From Candidatus Bathyarchaeota archaeon (lineage in GTDB: Archaea; Thermoproteota; Bathyarchaeia; 40CM-2-53-6; CAVXDP01): a DNA stretch of 64,000 nt. Under the pieces are notes generated by a model. It worked only from the letters and a program-made list of their open reading frames with translations, did not search any database and was not told the origin of the DNA. This document shows positions 39,915-49,879 of this stretch, piece after piece (positions within the stretch are counted from its first letter, which is position 1; every line of letters begins with the position of its first letter). The stretch lies in contig CAVXDP010000015.1 of NCBI GenBank assembly GCA_963760485.1, positions 137,389 through 201,388 of the forward strand, in the 5' to 3' direction. Both the position numbers and the translations under genes were made by a program.

Positions 39915-42097
39915 TCAACAAGTCTCCCGATCGACTTTGAGTAAGCCCTAGTCATTTCTTCGAGCGTACAGGATATTCTGCTATTTCGAGTGACAATGTC
40001 GAGACGATCGTTTCTGACGTCGCCCACCTTTGTTGCGGGGATTCTATGTTTGGTGAAGAATTTCAGAGCGTCGCTACAAGTCTTTGTTGAGATAACGAAT
40101 CTTCCACTCGATTCGGAGAAGAGGAGTTCATCATCTTTCAAGGTGTGTTGTATTCCTTTCAGGTCTATGGCCGCGCCAATACCTCCGTTGATACACATCT
40201 CCGCTAGGGCGACTCCCAAGCCTCCACCAGATACATCATGGCATGAGTTGACGTATCCGAGTCTTATCGATGCCAGCATCGCGCGCAAGATTCGCTTCTC
40301 AAGTCCAAGATCAATAGGTGCTAAAGTCACATCGCTGGCATTGACGAATCGATAGTATTCTGATCCTCCTAGATCGCGTTTTGTCTTCCCAACAACAATT
40401 ATAGAGTCCCCATCCCTGAAACCTGAAGTCGTTATGTGCTTCTTCTTGTTGATGAGTCCAAAGACCAGTATGACGGGTGTTGGCTTTATTGCGGTTCGAG
40501 TTTCCGTATCCTCATTGTAGAAACTAACTTTTCCTCCAATGCATGGGAGAGAAAGCTTCTTGCAGGTGTCGGATATCCCCTTCATTGTCTGAACGAACGT
40601 CCAGAACACTTCGGGGTTATTTGGATCTCCGAATTGGCAATGGTCAAGCATGGCGATTGGTTCTGCACCGACCGCGACGATGTTTCTACATGCTTCCGCA
40701 ACACAGTCTGCGGCTCCTGTGTAGGGATCTACGTGACATCGACTTGAATTTCCATCCGCTTTTATCGCGACAAACTTTCCATTTGGCAGTCTCAGGACTG
40801 CCGCGTCGCCTTGTCCCGGTTTAACAACAGTCCTGACACCTACTTCATGATCGTATTGTCTATAGACCCACTCTTTGCTCGCAATGTTCGGTGAGGCTAG
40901 AAGCCCCATCAGGATTTTGGCAAGATTTTTCGGTTGCTTCGGTTTCTCTCCAACACGCTTCTTGGGTTTCTTCAGTTTTCGCCATATTATTGGTGCGTTT
41001 GCAAGGAATTCTGTCGGGAGGCGTGCAAGTTCTCTCCCTTTCTCCATTACGACTATCTGTCTTTGTTTGATTACTTCTCCAATCTTTCTGTAAGGGATCT
41101 CGAATTTTTCAAATATGTCGGATATCTCTCGCTCGTGATCTTTTCCAACGATGAATACCATTCTTTCTTGGGATTCGGATATCATGATCTCGGTTGGTGT
41201 CAAGCCCATTTCGCGCAAGTGAACTTTGGAGATATCAATTTGGATTCCGGTCTTCCCCTTGTCAGCCATCTCAGATATTCCGCAGGTAAGGCCTCCTCCG
41301 CCGAGATCTTTCAATCCATGGACGTAGCCGGTGGCGGTGGCCTCAAGTGTCGCTTCCATAATCAGTTTCTTTGTGAATGGGTCCGGTATCTGGACGGCTG
41401 ATCTGTCATCTTCGCTTTTGTCCGTCAGCACTCTTGAGGCAAACGTGACTCCATGAATTCCGTCTCGGCCAGTGGATCCTCCGACAAGGATAACGGAATC
41501 TCCGGGTTTACTGGCCTTTGCGAGAACTATGTCGGCTCTCTTCCCCACACCTAAAGCTATGACATCCACGAGGCAGTTCTTTTCAAAAGACTCGTCGAAT
41601 TCAACTTCACCGGCTACTGTTGGCACACCTATACAGTTCCCATAGTCCGCGATTCCACGAACAACGTTTTTGAAAAGCCATCTTGAATGCAGACTTTCGT
41701 CTATCCGCCCGAACCTCAAAGAATCGAGGAATGCTATGGGCCTAGTCCCCATGCACAGAATGTCTCTAACGACACCGCCGATCCCCGTAGCAGCTCCACC
41801 ATAAGGGTCGATCGCACTTGGGTGATTGTGGCTTTCAATATGAGCTGTTGCCACGTATCCATTGCCTATGTCAACCACGCCCGAATCATACCCGGGACCG
41901 AGTATGACTCTCTTGCCTTTGGTAGGCAAGAGTTTCAGATACGGCTTTGATGACTTGTAACTACAATGCTCACTCCATTCAGCGTCTATCATCATCCATT
42001 CGAGGCCATTAGGTTCCCTTCGAAGGTATCTTCTTGCATACTCAACCTCTTCCTTCGTTAGGGTAACTTCAACTTCTGCAAAAGTCATTTGAGCCAA
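39911..42097 (-). CDS. purL: Phosphoribosylformylglycinamidine synthase II (large subunit)
   Basis: The 728-aa product has the duplicated AIRS-like PurL domains. Confidence 0.9.
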   Translation of the reverse strand: MAQMTFAEVEVTLTKEEVEYARRYLRREPNGLEWMMIDAEWSEHCSYKSSKPYLKLLPTKGKRVILGPGYDSGVVDIGNGYVATAHIESHNHPSAIDPYGGAATGIGGVVRDILCMGTRPIAFLDSLRFGRIDESLHSRWLFKNVVRGIADYGNCIGVPTVAGEVEFDESFEKNCLVDVIALGVGKRADIVLAKASKPGDSVILVGGSTGRDGIHGVTFASRVLTDKSEDDRSAVQIPDPFTKKLIMEATLEATATGYVHGLKDLGGGGLTCGISEMADKGKTGIQIDISKVHLREMGLTPTEIMISESQERMVFIVGKDHEREISDIFEKFEIPYRKIGEVIKQRQIVVMEKGRELARLPTEFLANAPIIWRKLKKPKKRVGEKPKQPKNLAKILMGLLASPNIASKEWVYRQYDHEVGVRTVVKPGQGDAAVLRLPNGKFVAIKADGNSSRCHVDPYTGAADCVAEACRNIVAVGAEPIAMLDHCQFGDPNNPEVFWTFVQTMKGISDTCKKLSLPCIGGKVSFYNEDTETRTAIKPTPVILVFGLINKKKHITTSGFRDGDSIIVVGKTKRDLGGSEYYRFVNASDVTLAPIDLGLEKRILRAMLASIRLGYVNSCHDVSGGGLGVALAEMCINGGIGAAIDLKGIQHTLKDDELLFSESSGRFVISTKTCSDALKFFTKHRIPATKVGDVRNDRLDIVTRNSRISCTLEEMTRAYSKSIGRLVE

Positions 42098-42750
42098 CTC
42101 AACATCGACTCGAACATTTTTCTCCCATCTTCAGATCCAAGAATGGATTCACTCGCTCTTTCTGGATGAGGCATCAAGCCGACAACATTTCTATCCTCAT
42201 TACAGATTCCAGCAATGTCATCGATTGCGCCGTTCGGATTTCCACCCGAGTATCTGAATACAACCTGATCATTTCGATGAAGGGCCTTCAACATCTCCTC
42301 GTCAACGAAGTACCTTCCCTCGTTGTGTGCTATGGGCATTCTAACGGTCTGCCCCATTTCGTAGAGTCTCGTGAAGGCTGAATTATTTGTTTCAACCTTC
42401 AACGTCGTCCATTTGCAGAGGAACTTCAAACCAGAATTTCTTAGAAGCGCTCCCGGAAGCAGTGATGACTCCACGAGAATTTGGAATCCGTTACAGATTC
42501 CGAGAATTGGTTTCTTCTGTTTCACCATTTCTTTGATCGAAACCATGGCTGGCGAGTAGGCTGCGATTATTCCCGCTCTCAGATGATCACCGTAACTGAA
42601 ACCTCCGGGCAAAATTGCCGCGTCATACTCAGAATCTTTGAAGTCCTTATGCCATATGAGGTCGGCTTGGACTCTCACAACATTTCTAAGAACGTGTAGA
42701 GTGTCTAGATCACAGTTGCTTCCGGGGAATTGAATAACGGCTACTTTCAT
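42085..42750 (-). CDS. purQ: Phosphoribosylformylglycinamidine synthase I (glutaminase subunit)
   Basis: The 221-aa product has a class I glutamine amidotransferase triad (GICNGFQ, HPE). Confidence 0.85.
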   Translation of the reverse strand: MKVAVIQFPGSNCDLDTLHVLRNVVRVQADLIWHKDFKDSEYDAAILPGGFSYGDHLRAGIIAAYSPAMVSIKEMVKQKKPILGICNGFQILVESSLLPGALLRNSGLKFLCKWTTLKVETNNSAFTRLYEMGQTVRMPIAHNEGRYFVDEEMLKALHRNDQVVFRYSGGNPNGAIDDIAGICNEDRNVVGLMPHPERASESILGSEDGRKMFESMLSWLK

Positions 42751-43046
42751 GTTTTGCCCCTAATTTCAATCTTGCAGGAGTGAGCTACAGGATTAAAGAT
42801 TCGGAGATCATTGCACATCGCGAAAACCTTCTGTCGAGCCTCTTCTTCGCTGGTAGCTTCGATCTGAACTCTCAACAGTTTTCCAGTACGGACTTCCTTA
42901 ACGCAATCGTAACCGCTCTTGTGCATAAGATCCTTCATAATGGTCTCGCCTTCTGGATCCTTTGCTTGGGGTTTGTTTCCAATGACAATTTCAACCATGT
43001 ACACTATCTTCACCACAAATTCTTTTGAGGGGTTCAAGATAGGCAA
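42747..43046 (-). CDS. purS: PurS subunit of FGAM synthase (start probably internal, near 42998)
   Basis: A PurS-like segment (VEIVIGNKPQAKDPEGETI...) of about 80 aa lies between purC and purQ. Confidence 0.65.
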   Translation of the reverse strand: MPILNPSKEFVVKIVYMVEIVIGNKPQAKDPEGETIMKDLMHKSGYDCVKEVRTGKLLRVQIEATSEEEARQKVFAMCNDLRIFNPVAHSCKIEIRGKT

Positions 43047-43719
43047 GTTCCATGATTTTCGGCATGTCCTTCCTGAAACGGTCTTTGTCGAGAATCTCGA
43101 AACTGTTCTTGTCCCAAAGTCTCATGGAATCAGTGCTCAATTCGTCTCCGACGACGAGTTTTCCTTCGCTGTCTCTTCCAAATTCAAGTTTGAAATCAGC
43201 AAGTAGCATTGCTCGTTCAGAGAGAAATCTCTCTAGTAGAGATGCCGTTCTAAGCGCTGCATCCTCCATTTCAGAGATCTCTTGGTCTGTTGCCAATCCC
43301 AGAGCTCTAATGTGGTACCGGTTAAGCATGGGGTCGTGTAATGCATCATCTTTCAGGTAAAATTCTACGACCGGGGGGTTGAGTTTTTGGCGGTATTGAA
43401 AGTATTTTCCCAAACCTACTAGATGACCAGCGGCTAGAATTCTACATACAACCTCGATGGGGATCATTTTCAGTTTCTTGGCGATCAGCTGGTTCGGGCC
43501 TGTTTGCTTGATAAGATGTGTTCTAATCCCGTTTTCTTCAAGAAGTTTGAGTAGGCGGACCGAGATAGCGGTGTTCACACGGCCTTTTCCAACCAGAACG
43601 TCATGCTTCGCTCCATCGCCACCTGTTACGTCGTCCTTGAAGTACAAGATTACTTGGTCCGGATCCTCCGCTGGTTCGATAATCTTCGTCTTGCCCTCAG
43701 AGAGTTTTCTTGAAGGCAT
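42991..43719 (-). CDS. purC: SAICAR synthetase
   Basis: The 242-aa product matches the PurC family (GKTKIIEP..., LYFKDDVTGGDG). Confidence 0.85.
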   Translation of the reverse strand: MPSRKLSEGKTKIIEPAEDPDQVILYFKDDVTGGDGAKHDVLVGKGRVNTAISVRLLKLLEENGIRTHLIKQTGPNQLIAKKLKMIPIEVVCRILAAGHLVGLGKYFQYRQKLNPPVVEFYLKDDALHDPMLNRYHIRALGLATDQEISEMEDAALRTASLLERFLSERAMLLADFKLEFGRDSEGKLVVGDELSTDSMRLWDKNSFEILDKDRFRKDMPKIMELAYLEPLKRICGEDSVHG

Positions 43720-43899
43720 AACTATAGCTCCGAACCAGCTTCGTAGTGTGGGCTCTTAAACTATTCTACACAAATTTGAGGAATTTTGAATCGATTAATT
43801 TACACGAAAATGATAAGCACCCACCAAACTCGATCGGAGCATTAGAATCGGCAGTCACCATAGTTGGTCTCTCAGATCATTCGCACTCTCTGGGGTGTG

Positions 43900-44560
43900 A
43901 ATGCAATGTCGACTACGACATTCACCATAGACATCCAGGTCTCCCCAGTACACCCGACTGACTTGATGGATTTCATACGTCAGTTCTACATTCTTCCTAA
44001 TCGAGAACTACGGTACATCTAGAAAGGGACGATTGATAATCAGCAGACAAGTTTGATCTGTCTACTCCTAGGATCGTCATTTCGAACAAGTTGCCGAACG
44101 CGGCCGCCACGGGACCAAACCTAAGTCATGGAACCGTGCTGATAACTACCGGCCTACTAGTCCAGTTGGAGGATGACCAAATACTTGGCGTCGCAGGGCA
44201 TGAGATGGATCATTTGAAAGGTCGCGATCTACTGTGGCTATTCGGATTAATGTCATCAGAATTCTTGCTTCGGCCATAACGTACTTCTTCCATTATTCAT
44301 GTTCTCGCCATTTCTTTACTTGATAATGGCTATGGAATCGTTTATTTCATAGCGAAATTCTTTGAAGCCTGAGCTGACCTTTATTCCGCAGTCGTTATGG
44401 GCCAACCATACATCATCGCGGAGGCGCTGCGGAAGATAGGACTTAGTAGACTCCAGTTAGAGAAGTATCCGCAATCTAGGATCATGGCGCGGTTGGCTTT
44501 GGCGCGATCGAAATGACGTCGCGCAGGAATTGGCTGTGACCTTTCATTAAATTCTAAAAA
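43900..44560 (+). pseudogene. HtpX-like M48 zinc metalloprotease remnant spread across several frames
   Basis: Frame 1 (44091..44279) reads PNAAATGPNLSHGTVLITTGLLVQLEDDQILGVAGHEMDHLKGRDLL, which matches M48 PNAFATG...TTGLL..L.DDEL.GVLAHELGHIKNRD. Flanking segments continue in other frames with stops. At least two frame breaks lie within about 600 nt. Confidence 0.4.
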
Positions 44561-44606
44561 ATGCTTATTTATCGGCCTAAACGTGCTTAGCCTTGGTCCC
44601 GCGAAT

Positions 44607-44776
44607 CCCGCGGTAAGACGTGAGAAACGTCCCGTAAGCTCAGCCTGGTAGAGCTTCCGGCTGTAGACCTGTGCCTAAGGCATGGGCCAACCAGCCTGCT
44701 AGGCGAACAATGGAAACCGGAGTCTGGCTTTGTGCCAGCTGGAACGTCGCCTGTTCAAATCAGGCCCGCGGGACCA
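44607..44776 (+). tRNA. tRNA-Tyr (anticodon GTA) with apparently three introns (after position 9, canonical 37/38 of about 50 nt, and in the variable region); CCA encoded
   Basis: The acceptor CCCGCGG (44607-13) pairs with CCGCGGG (44766-72), followed by A73 and CCA. There is a perfect D-arm GCTC-AGCCTGGT-AGAGC. The anticodon stem TCCGG...CCGGA has loop CTGTAGA (GTA), and the T-arm is GCCTG-TTCAAAT-CAGGC. Total length is about 170 nt. Confidence 0.55.
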
Positions 44777-44786
44777 CATAGTTGTC

Positions 44787-45680
44787 TCAGCAAGGGGTCG
44801 AATGCACTTCACCAACCTCTTCATAACCCGCAGTCTCCAGCTGTATCGTAGTATGCTTTATTCCATGTCTCTCCTTGATCCTGTCTTTCAACTCGTTCAG
44901 CGTTTTTCCAGTATTCTCATACCCATTTCTGGTGACGACAACGTGAGCGCTCAGATAATGAACATACGAAGTTATGCTCCAAATGTGAGCGTCATGCGCG
45001 TCAACCACGCCTGAAACAGACTTCAGAGTCTTGATGACGTCCTCAAGTCTGATATTGGATGGTGCCCCCTCCATCAGAATATGTACGACTTCTCTCAGCA
45101 TCTTTGAAGTACTGTAAACAATAACTGCTCCAATTATTACGCTCACAACCGGATCTATTACATACCACCCTGTGAAGAACATGATTATACCCGCCACGAC
45201 AACTCCTAGAGAGGAAAGAGCATCCCCAACAACATGGATGAAAGCGGACTTTACGTTGATGTTGAAAATACTCTTTGACAAGAACGTAATAGATACAAGG
45301 TTTGCAGCCAATCCAATGAGAGCAATGATCAACATGCCCCCCACTTCAACTTCATGTGGGTACATAATCCTTTCAAACGCTTGATAGAAAATGTACAAGG
45401 AAACAATGACTAGGGTCACGCCGTTAGCCAAAGCGGAGAGGACTTCAACCCTATAATATCCGAAAGTTTTGTCCAGCGTTGGAGATCTTAATGCCATCCT
45501 ACCTGCCAAGAAGCAGAGAAACAGAGATAGAAGATCAGTGAACATGTGCCAAGCATCGCTCATCAGAGCGAGGCTGCCATACCATAACCCCCCAGCAATC
45601 TCAACGGCCATGATCACGCTCGTCGCTATAATTGCTATTCCCAGATTCTTCTGCTCAGCACTATGAGATTCGCTTACCAT
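44787..45680 (-). CDS. Cation diffusion facilitator (CDF) family metal efflux transporter
   Basis: The 297-aa product has six TM helices and a CDF signature (HMFTDLLSL..., C-terminal cytoplasmic domain with HIWSIT). Confidence 0.8.
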   Translation of the reverse strand: MVSESHSAEQKNLGIAIIATSVIMAVEIAGGLWYGSLALMSDAWHMFTDLLSLFLCFLAGRMALRSPTLDKTFGYYRVEVLSALANGVTLVIVSLYIFYQAFERIMYPHEVEVGGMLIIALIGLAANLVSITFLSKSIFNINVKSAFIHVVGDALSSLGVVVAGIIMFFTGWYVIDPVVSVIIGAVIVYSTSKMLREVVHILMEGAPSNIRLEDVIKTLKSVSGVVDAHDAHIWSITSYVHYLSAHVVVTRNGYENTGKTLNELKDRIKERHGIKHTTIQLETAGYEEVGEVHSTPC

Positions 45681-45838
45681 ATTGAGGTCGTTCCTTAGAT
45701 CATCAACGGTAGTATATCAATAGAACGAGGTGAGACGTGGTTTACTCAGACTTGGTTTCTTGCAGACTCTGAATTACGGTGGTTCAACTTGACGATTGCA
45801 ACGGGAAACGTTGATATCAGACTTCGAGTCAACAATGA

Positions 45839-46798
45839 GTGGCGAATGAAGATTTGAAGAAGTGTTATGTGATCTTCATAGCAGTCCTTCTTGCAGTCCT
45901 GTCGTCTAGCGTTGTAGTTCCGAGTCACGCGGAGACTGTTACCAAGAACTTTACGCTAAAAGACTTTGATGTTACCCTAACATTTCCGAAGACTGCTAAT
46001 CCAGGTGACTCTGTTCCAGTTTCAGTGAATGCCGTAGCGAAAAGCTCGATAAATGTCGTTGACCTCTCAATTCAGGTACTCGCTTATGTTGAAGGTGGGG
46101 ACCTTCAATCGATTGGCAGTGCGTCGTTGGTGACAGGTCAGTCTCAATACCAATACCAGTATGTGTACAAGGGGAACACACTTCATAAGGAACTTTCCGT
46201 GACCGTCCCTTCGAATATTCTAAGAGGCGCTTTGGTAGCAGTCATTTCTGAGACTACACGCTCCACAGGTTACGCCTACTATTCGTACTACCCCTACTAC
46301 AATCAATACTACTACGACGGAAACACTCAGAATTACCAGTATTACTGGTACTACCCTTACTACTACACATACTACTACCCCGAGACTTATTATAATGAAT
46401 ATGTGGAGTCGAAGACCCTTCCCTGCACCTATATCCTCGCCACCACGCCAGAATATGTTAAACTCAAGTCTGACTACGACAAACTCTCCTCGGACTATGA
46501 TAAGCTGTCTTCTCAATACCAACAGGCCACAGAGCAGAACAAAGATCTTAACGACAGACTTTCCATGACAACCCAGGAACTAAACACCGCAATGATCCTT
46601 GCGGTCATCTTTGTGGCAACAACAGTGATTCTGGCAGCCTATCTATTATACACGCGTAGGAGAACCACGGTAATTTCAGCTGCTGGTGCACCCATTTCAA
46701 GCACGCCAGCTGCGGGCGTGCCAACTGCAGCGCCACCAGAGAAAGTCACAGCGGCACATGAAAAGAAAGAGGTTCCGAAGAAAGCGCCAGAAACCTAG
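45839..46798 (+). CDS. Type I membrane/surface protein with an extreme Tyr-rich low-complexity tract and a coiled-coil
   Basis: It has a signal-like N-terminus (CYVIFIAVLLAVLSSSVVVPSHA) and the tract YAYYSYYPYYNQYYYDGNTQNYQYYWYYPYYYTYYYPETYYNEY. A heptad-like repeat SDYDKLSSDYDKLSSQYQQ follows, then a TM helix and a basic/Pro-Ala-rich cytoplasmic tail. Confidence 0.5.
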   Translation: MANEDLKKCYVIFIAVLLAVLSSSVVVPSHAETVTKNFTLKDFDVTLTFPKTANPGDSVPVSVNAVAKSSINVVDLSIQVLAYVEGGDLQSIGSASLVTGQSQYQYQYVYKGNTLHKELSVTVPSNILRGALVAVISETTRSTGYAYYSYYPYYNQYYYDGNTQNYQYYWYYPYYYTYYYPETYYNEYVESKTLPCTYILATTPEYVKLKSDYDKLSSDYDKLSSQYQQATEQNKDLNDRLSMTTQELNTAMILAVIFVATTVILAAYLLYTRRRTTVISAAGAPISSTPAAGVPTAAPPEKVTAAHEKKEVPKKAPET

Positions 46799-47163
46799 AG
46801 TAGACAACATAGTTTTTGGCTCCTGGGGATCATTATCGGAGATACGAAACGAAAAACTCATATGGAATAGCCTATCTGCTCCATGCGATGGCCGCCGTAA
46901 CGTAGAGTGAACGAGCAAAATTCGTTCCCGCGGACCTTGGTTAGCGTACAGGCCTGAAAGGAAACGGCAAACGCCGACCTTGGCCAATGGAGCCTGGAAA
47001 GCGACCATGTAAGTGGTGCTTGGGCAAAGGCCGGGTTCAAATCACCAGTTCACTGGTGGGAAAATCCCGGCGGCGGCCCTCAAGATATTTCTTTTGAACA
47101 CGGTATTCATTCCACTCGATATCTCAAGAAAGCTTTAATGAGTCATTTTCCATTCCAGATGCT

Positions 47164-47277
47164 GGGCCGGTAGTTCAGTCTGGCATACCTGTCGAAGGGC
47201 CAAGGAACGTCCGGTTTGCAAGGTTCAGCTTAACCCAACAAGCCGGAAGGTCGCGGGTTCAAATCCCGCCCGGTCCA
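47164..47277 (+). tRNA. tRNA-Ala (anticodon TGC) with apparently two introns (in the D-loop and next to the anticodon loop)
   Basis: The acceptor GGGCCGG pairs with CCGGTCC, including a G3:U70 pair (Ala identity element). The T-arm is GCGGG-TTCAAAT-CCCGC. The anticodon stem TCCGG...CCGGA has loop TTTGCA(A). The D-stem GTTC...GAAC is separated by an insert of about 20 nt. Total length is 114 nt. Confidence 0.5.
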
Positions 47278-48643
47278 TAATTCTGCTATTTAGGGTGTCG
47301 GAAAATTCAGTCGCCCACACACCGAGGCTTGAGTCTTTAGGTCCTAAACCCTTATCCCTTTAGCACCTACGGCACAACAGAACATACATCTCCACGATTT
47401 GTTGACAGCGTAGAATACCTAGGTGGCATCGTAAAAGACTAGGACAGAACGTGGGGAATCTTATCTTCGCTCTGCTTCTAAACCCATCAACGTATGCGAG
47501 TCTAGCTTAAACTTTCGCATTATCACATCATCTGCAATCTAAATGATTACTATCATCATCAGTAAGATCACTGCGACAACTACGACTAGCACCCCAAGCA
47601 TGTTTCCAACAACAAACGCATTGATGCCTCCAAGAAACTCGTGATTTCTTGAACAATAGCCAAGGCCAAGCCAAGGACTACTCGAATCAAAATCTCTAGG
47701 TAAAGACGCACCGCAGTACCGACAGTTCTTGTAGGGAACTTTCTCCCATTCAAATCACCATTCTGCAATCTAAACCGCCACATTCTCGACAGTAGGGCAA
47801 AACGCTTCCACCTTATGGTAGTAGTCATTCCCGAACTTAATTATTTATGATGTGCTGGTCTATTGCGGTGACGGATTTGGGTCTTCAATCTGTCTACGAT
47901 TGGATCATTCAACTTGGGTCTACCAGCTGTTGTCGCAGGGATAGTAGCTTCTTTGGTCAATTGGTTTCTTGAAGGATGGAAGTTCAAACGTGAGCAAGGA
48001 ACCATTGACTTGAAGGAAAGGATAGATAAGTTCTACTCTCCATTGATTTTCCATTTTGAAAATATGAGATCTTGGGGCATATTCGTGAAATCCCTTCAGG
48101 GTTACACATAGTCCAGAGAACATCTTAAGGTGAAAACTGGAGAGTGGTATGACATAATGAGGTCAGGGATGAGATTTGCTAACCCAAAGGTTGTTGAGCT
48201 ATTATATAAGTGGCAGCCCCTTGCAATTGCTTCAAGCCAACCTGATCTCTACCCACAGTTCAGAATGGAAGATTTTATACGATGTACCAAAGAGCTGCAT
48301 GAAACATTGAAAGCTGATCGTGAACAATTGATGAAACAATATTGGAAGGTAATTGGGTAAGGCGACCAACGAACCGAAGGCTAGCACCAAGAAAAACGAG
48401 TTTAGAAGTAACGGAACTTGAATTCTAGTCTAGATGGCTTTGTGAATTTAAGTGCTTAAGGTGTTGTCGATTTAAGTCAAAGGCATACTGACGCGTTAAA
48501 GAGTGGAAAAACAATTTTCTGCCAGGCTATGCTATATGTGAAAAAGCGAGTCTGTTGAGTTCAAGAATTATCAATGGCGCAAGACTGCTGAATGTGCATA
48601 ATACTAGCCTCTGTCGTCGACGCTTGGTCCTATCTTGCTCTCA

Positions 48644-49879
48644 TTAAGATAGGGTCTTCCTTGCTTTCGCACCAAGAATCGTAGAGAAGAACCGACTCTT
48701 GAGAAGCTCGGGATGACTCGGAGCTAGCCTCGTGAGTTTTACTACAGAGAATTGACATCTGAATAGTTCAAGGAACTCCTTACCCGACAGAGATTCTAGC
48801 ATTGACATCTCCTTGTCCCATTGCTCATCGGACAGTTCAAGCCATTTCTTCTGGACATCAAGCCCAACCTGAAAGTTGTTCCATACATCTCTCTTCCATA
48901 TTTCTTCATATTTTTCAGGTCGGACTCTCTTTGCATCGCCGTTGTCGACCACTTGTTTCGCAGTCTCTCCCGCAATTCTGCCAAACTTCATTGCGAATCT
49001 AATTCCTTCAAGAACAAGGGGATTCAGATGTCCGGCTGAGTCACCGACAAGCAACACACGCTCTCCGATGGTGAGGCCTCTCGGTCCTTCGTTTGGAACT
49101 ACTCCCGAATGGAACTCTAGTGGACAAATCCTTCCCAGCCTCTTCAGTGGGCCAGGTCTCTTCTCCAGCAAGTTCATGAGTCGTTCATAGGGATCCTCGT
49201 TTGACTGAGGTCTTCCAACTCCAACGCCAATCCTAACTTTGTTTCTACCCAAGGGAAAAATCCACGCATATCCTGCAGGAGAAAAAGCCCGGCCTACCAT
49301 CAACTCCCACTTTTCTATTTCGACATTTTCGGCGTACACTTCGTATTCTGCGCCAATTCCAAATCTGTTGTATCTGCTTGCCAGGCCCAAACTGGTACCT
49401 ACTATGGTCGAAAAGCCGCTTGCATCAATCACAAGCTCTCCACGGAAATCTATGGAGCCTCGTGGTGATTTTGCAGTGACCTTCACAGAATTCTTTTCAT
49501 TCTCATACAATGCAGCATTGACTTCTGTTCGGAGAAATATCTTAGCGCCCAGTTCTGCAGCTTTTTCTGCCAGATGTATGTATAGTTTCCTGACATCCAA
49601 GACACATGCTTCAGGTTCAGTCGTCTCAAAGACATGTTCTCTACTGAGTGAGGATATTCCGTATCGCCTGATCGGGTTGTAGAACCCATGCGGAAGATCT
49701 AGTCCCTCTGTGAGCCAAGTCACGCCACTGGTTCGGATGCTATTCGCTATGCAAGGTTCTTTCTCAATTACAGCTACTCTCAGACCCTCTTTCGCAGCTG
49801 CACCTGCGGCGGATAGACCGGCAGGGCCTCCTCCAACTACTATTGCATCAAAGTCGTATGTTGCATGTGCCATAAGTTG
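48644..49879 (-). CDS. Geranylgeranyl reductase family FAD-dependent oxidoreductase (digeranylgeranylglycerophospholipid reductase-like)
   Basis: It has an FAD fold DAIVVGGGPAGLSAAGAAAK, and GDSAG near the C-terminal part; length and motifs are GGR-like. The start is taken at MAHATYDF, and the upstream part of ORF 48644..50011 is probably not translated. Confidence 0.8.
   Translation of the reverse strand, partial: QLMAHATYDFDAIVVGGGPAGLSAAGAAAKEGLRVAVIEKEPCIANSIRTSGVTWLTEGLDLPHGFYNPIRRYGISSLSREHVFETTEPEACVLDVRKLYIHLAEKAAELGAKIFLRTEVNAALYENEKNSVKVTAKSPRGSIDFRGELVIDASGFSTIVGTSLGLASRYNRFGIGAEYEVYAENVEIEKWELMVGRAFSPAGYAWIFPLGRNKVRIGVGVGRPQSNEDPYERLMNLLEKRPGPLKRLGRICPLEFHSGVVPNEGPRGLTIGERVLLVGDSAGHLNPLVLEGIRFAMKFGRIAGETAKQVVDNGDAKRVRPEKYEEIWKRDVWNNFQVGLDVQKKWLELSDEQWDKEMSMLESLSGKEFLELFRCQFSVVKLTRLAPSHPELLKSRFFSTILGAKARKTLS

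Noticed and set aside
32496-43360. Numerous + strand ORFs across the minus-strand pur operon and tldD/pmbA region
   Set aside because: They are shadow ORFs of strongly supported minus-strand genes.
47586-48360. Small ORFs after tRNA-Ala (47586..47828 -, 47914..48111 +, 48130..48360 +)
   Set aside because: They have no domain signal. They might be remnants of an integrated element but cannot be supported as genes from sequence alone.
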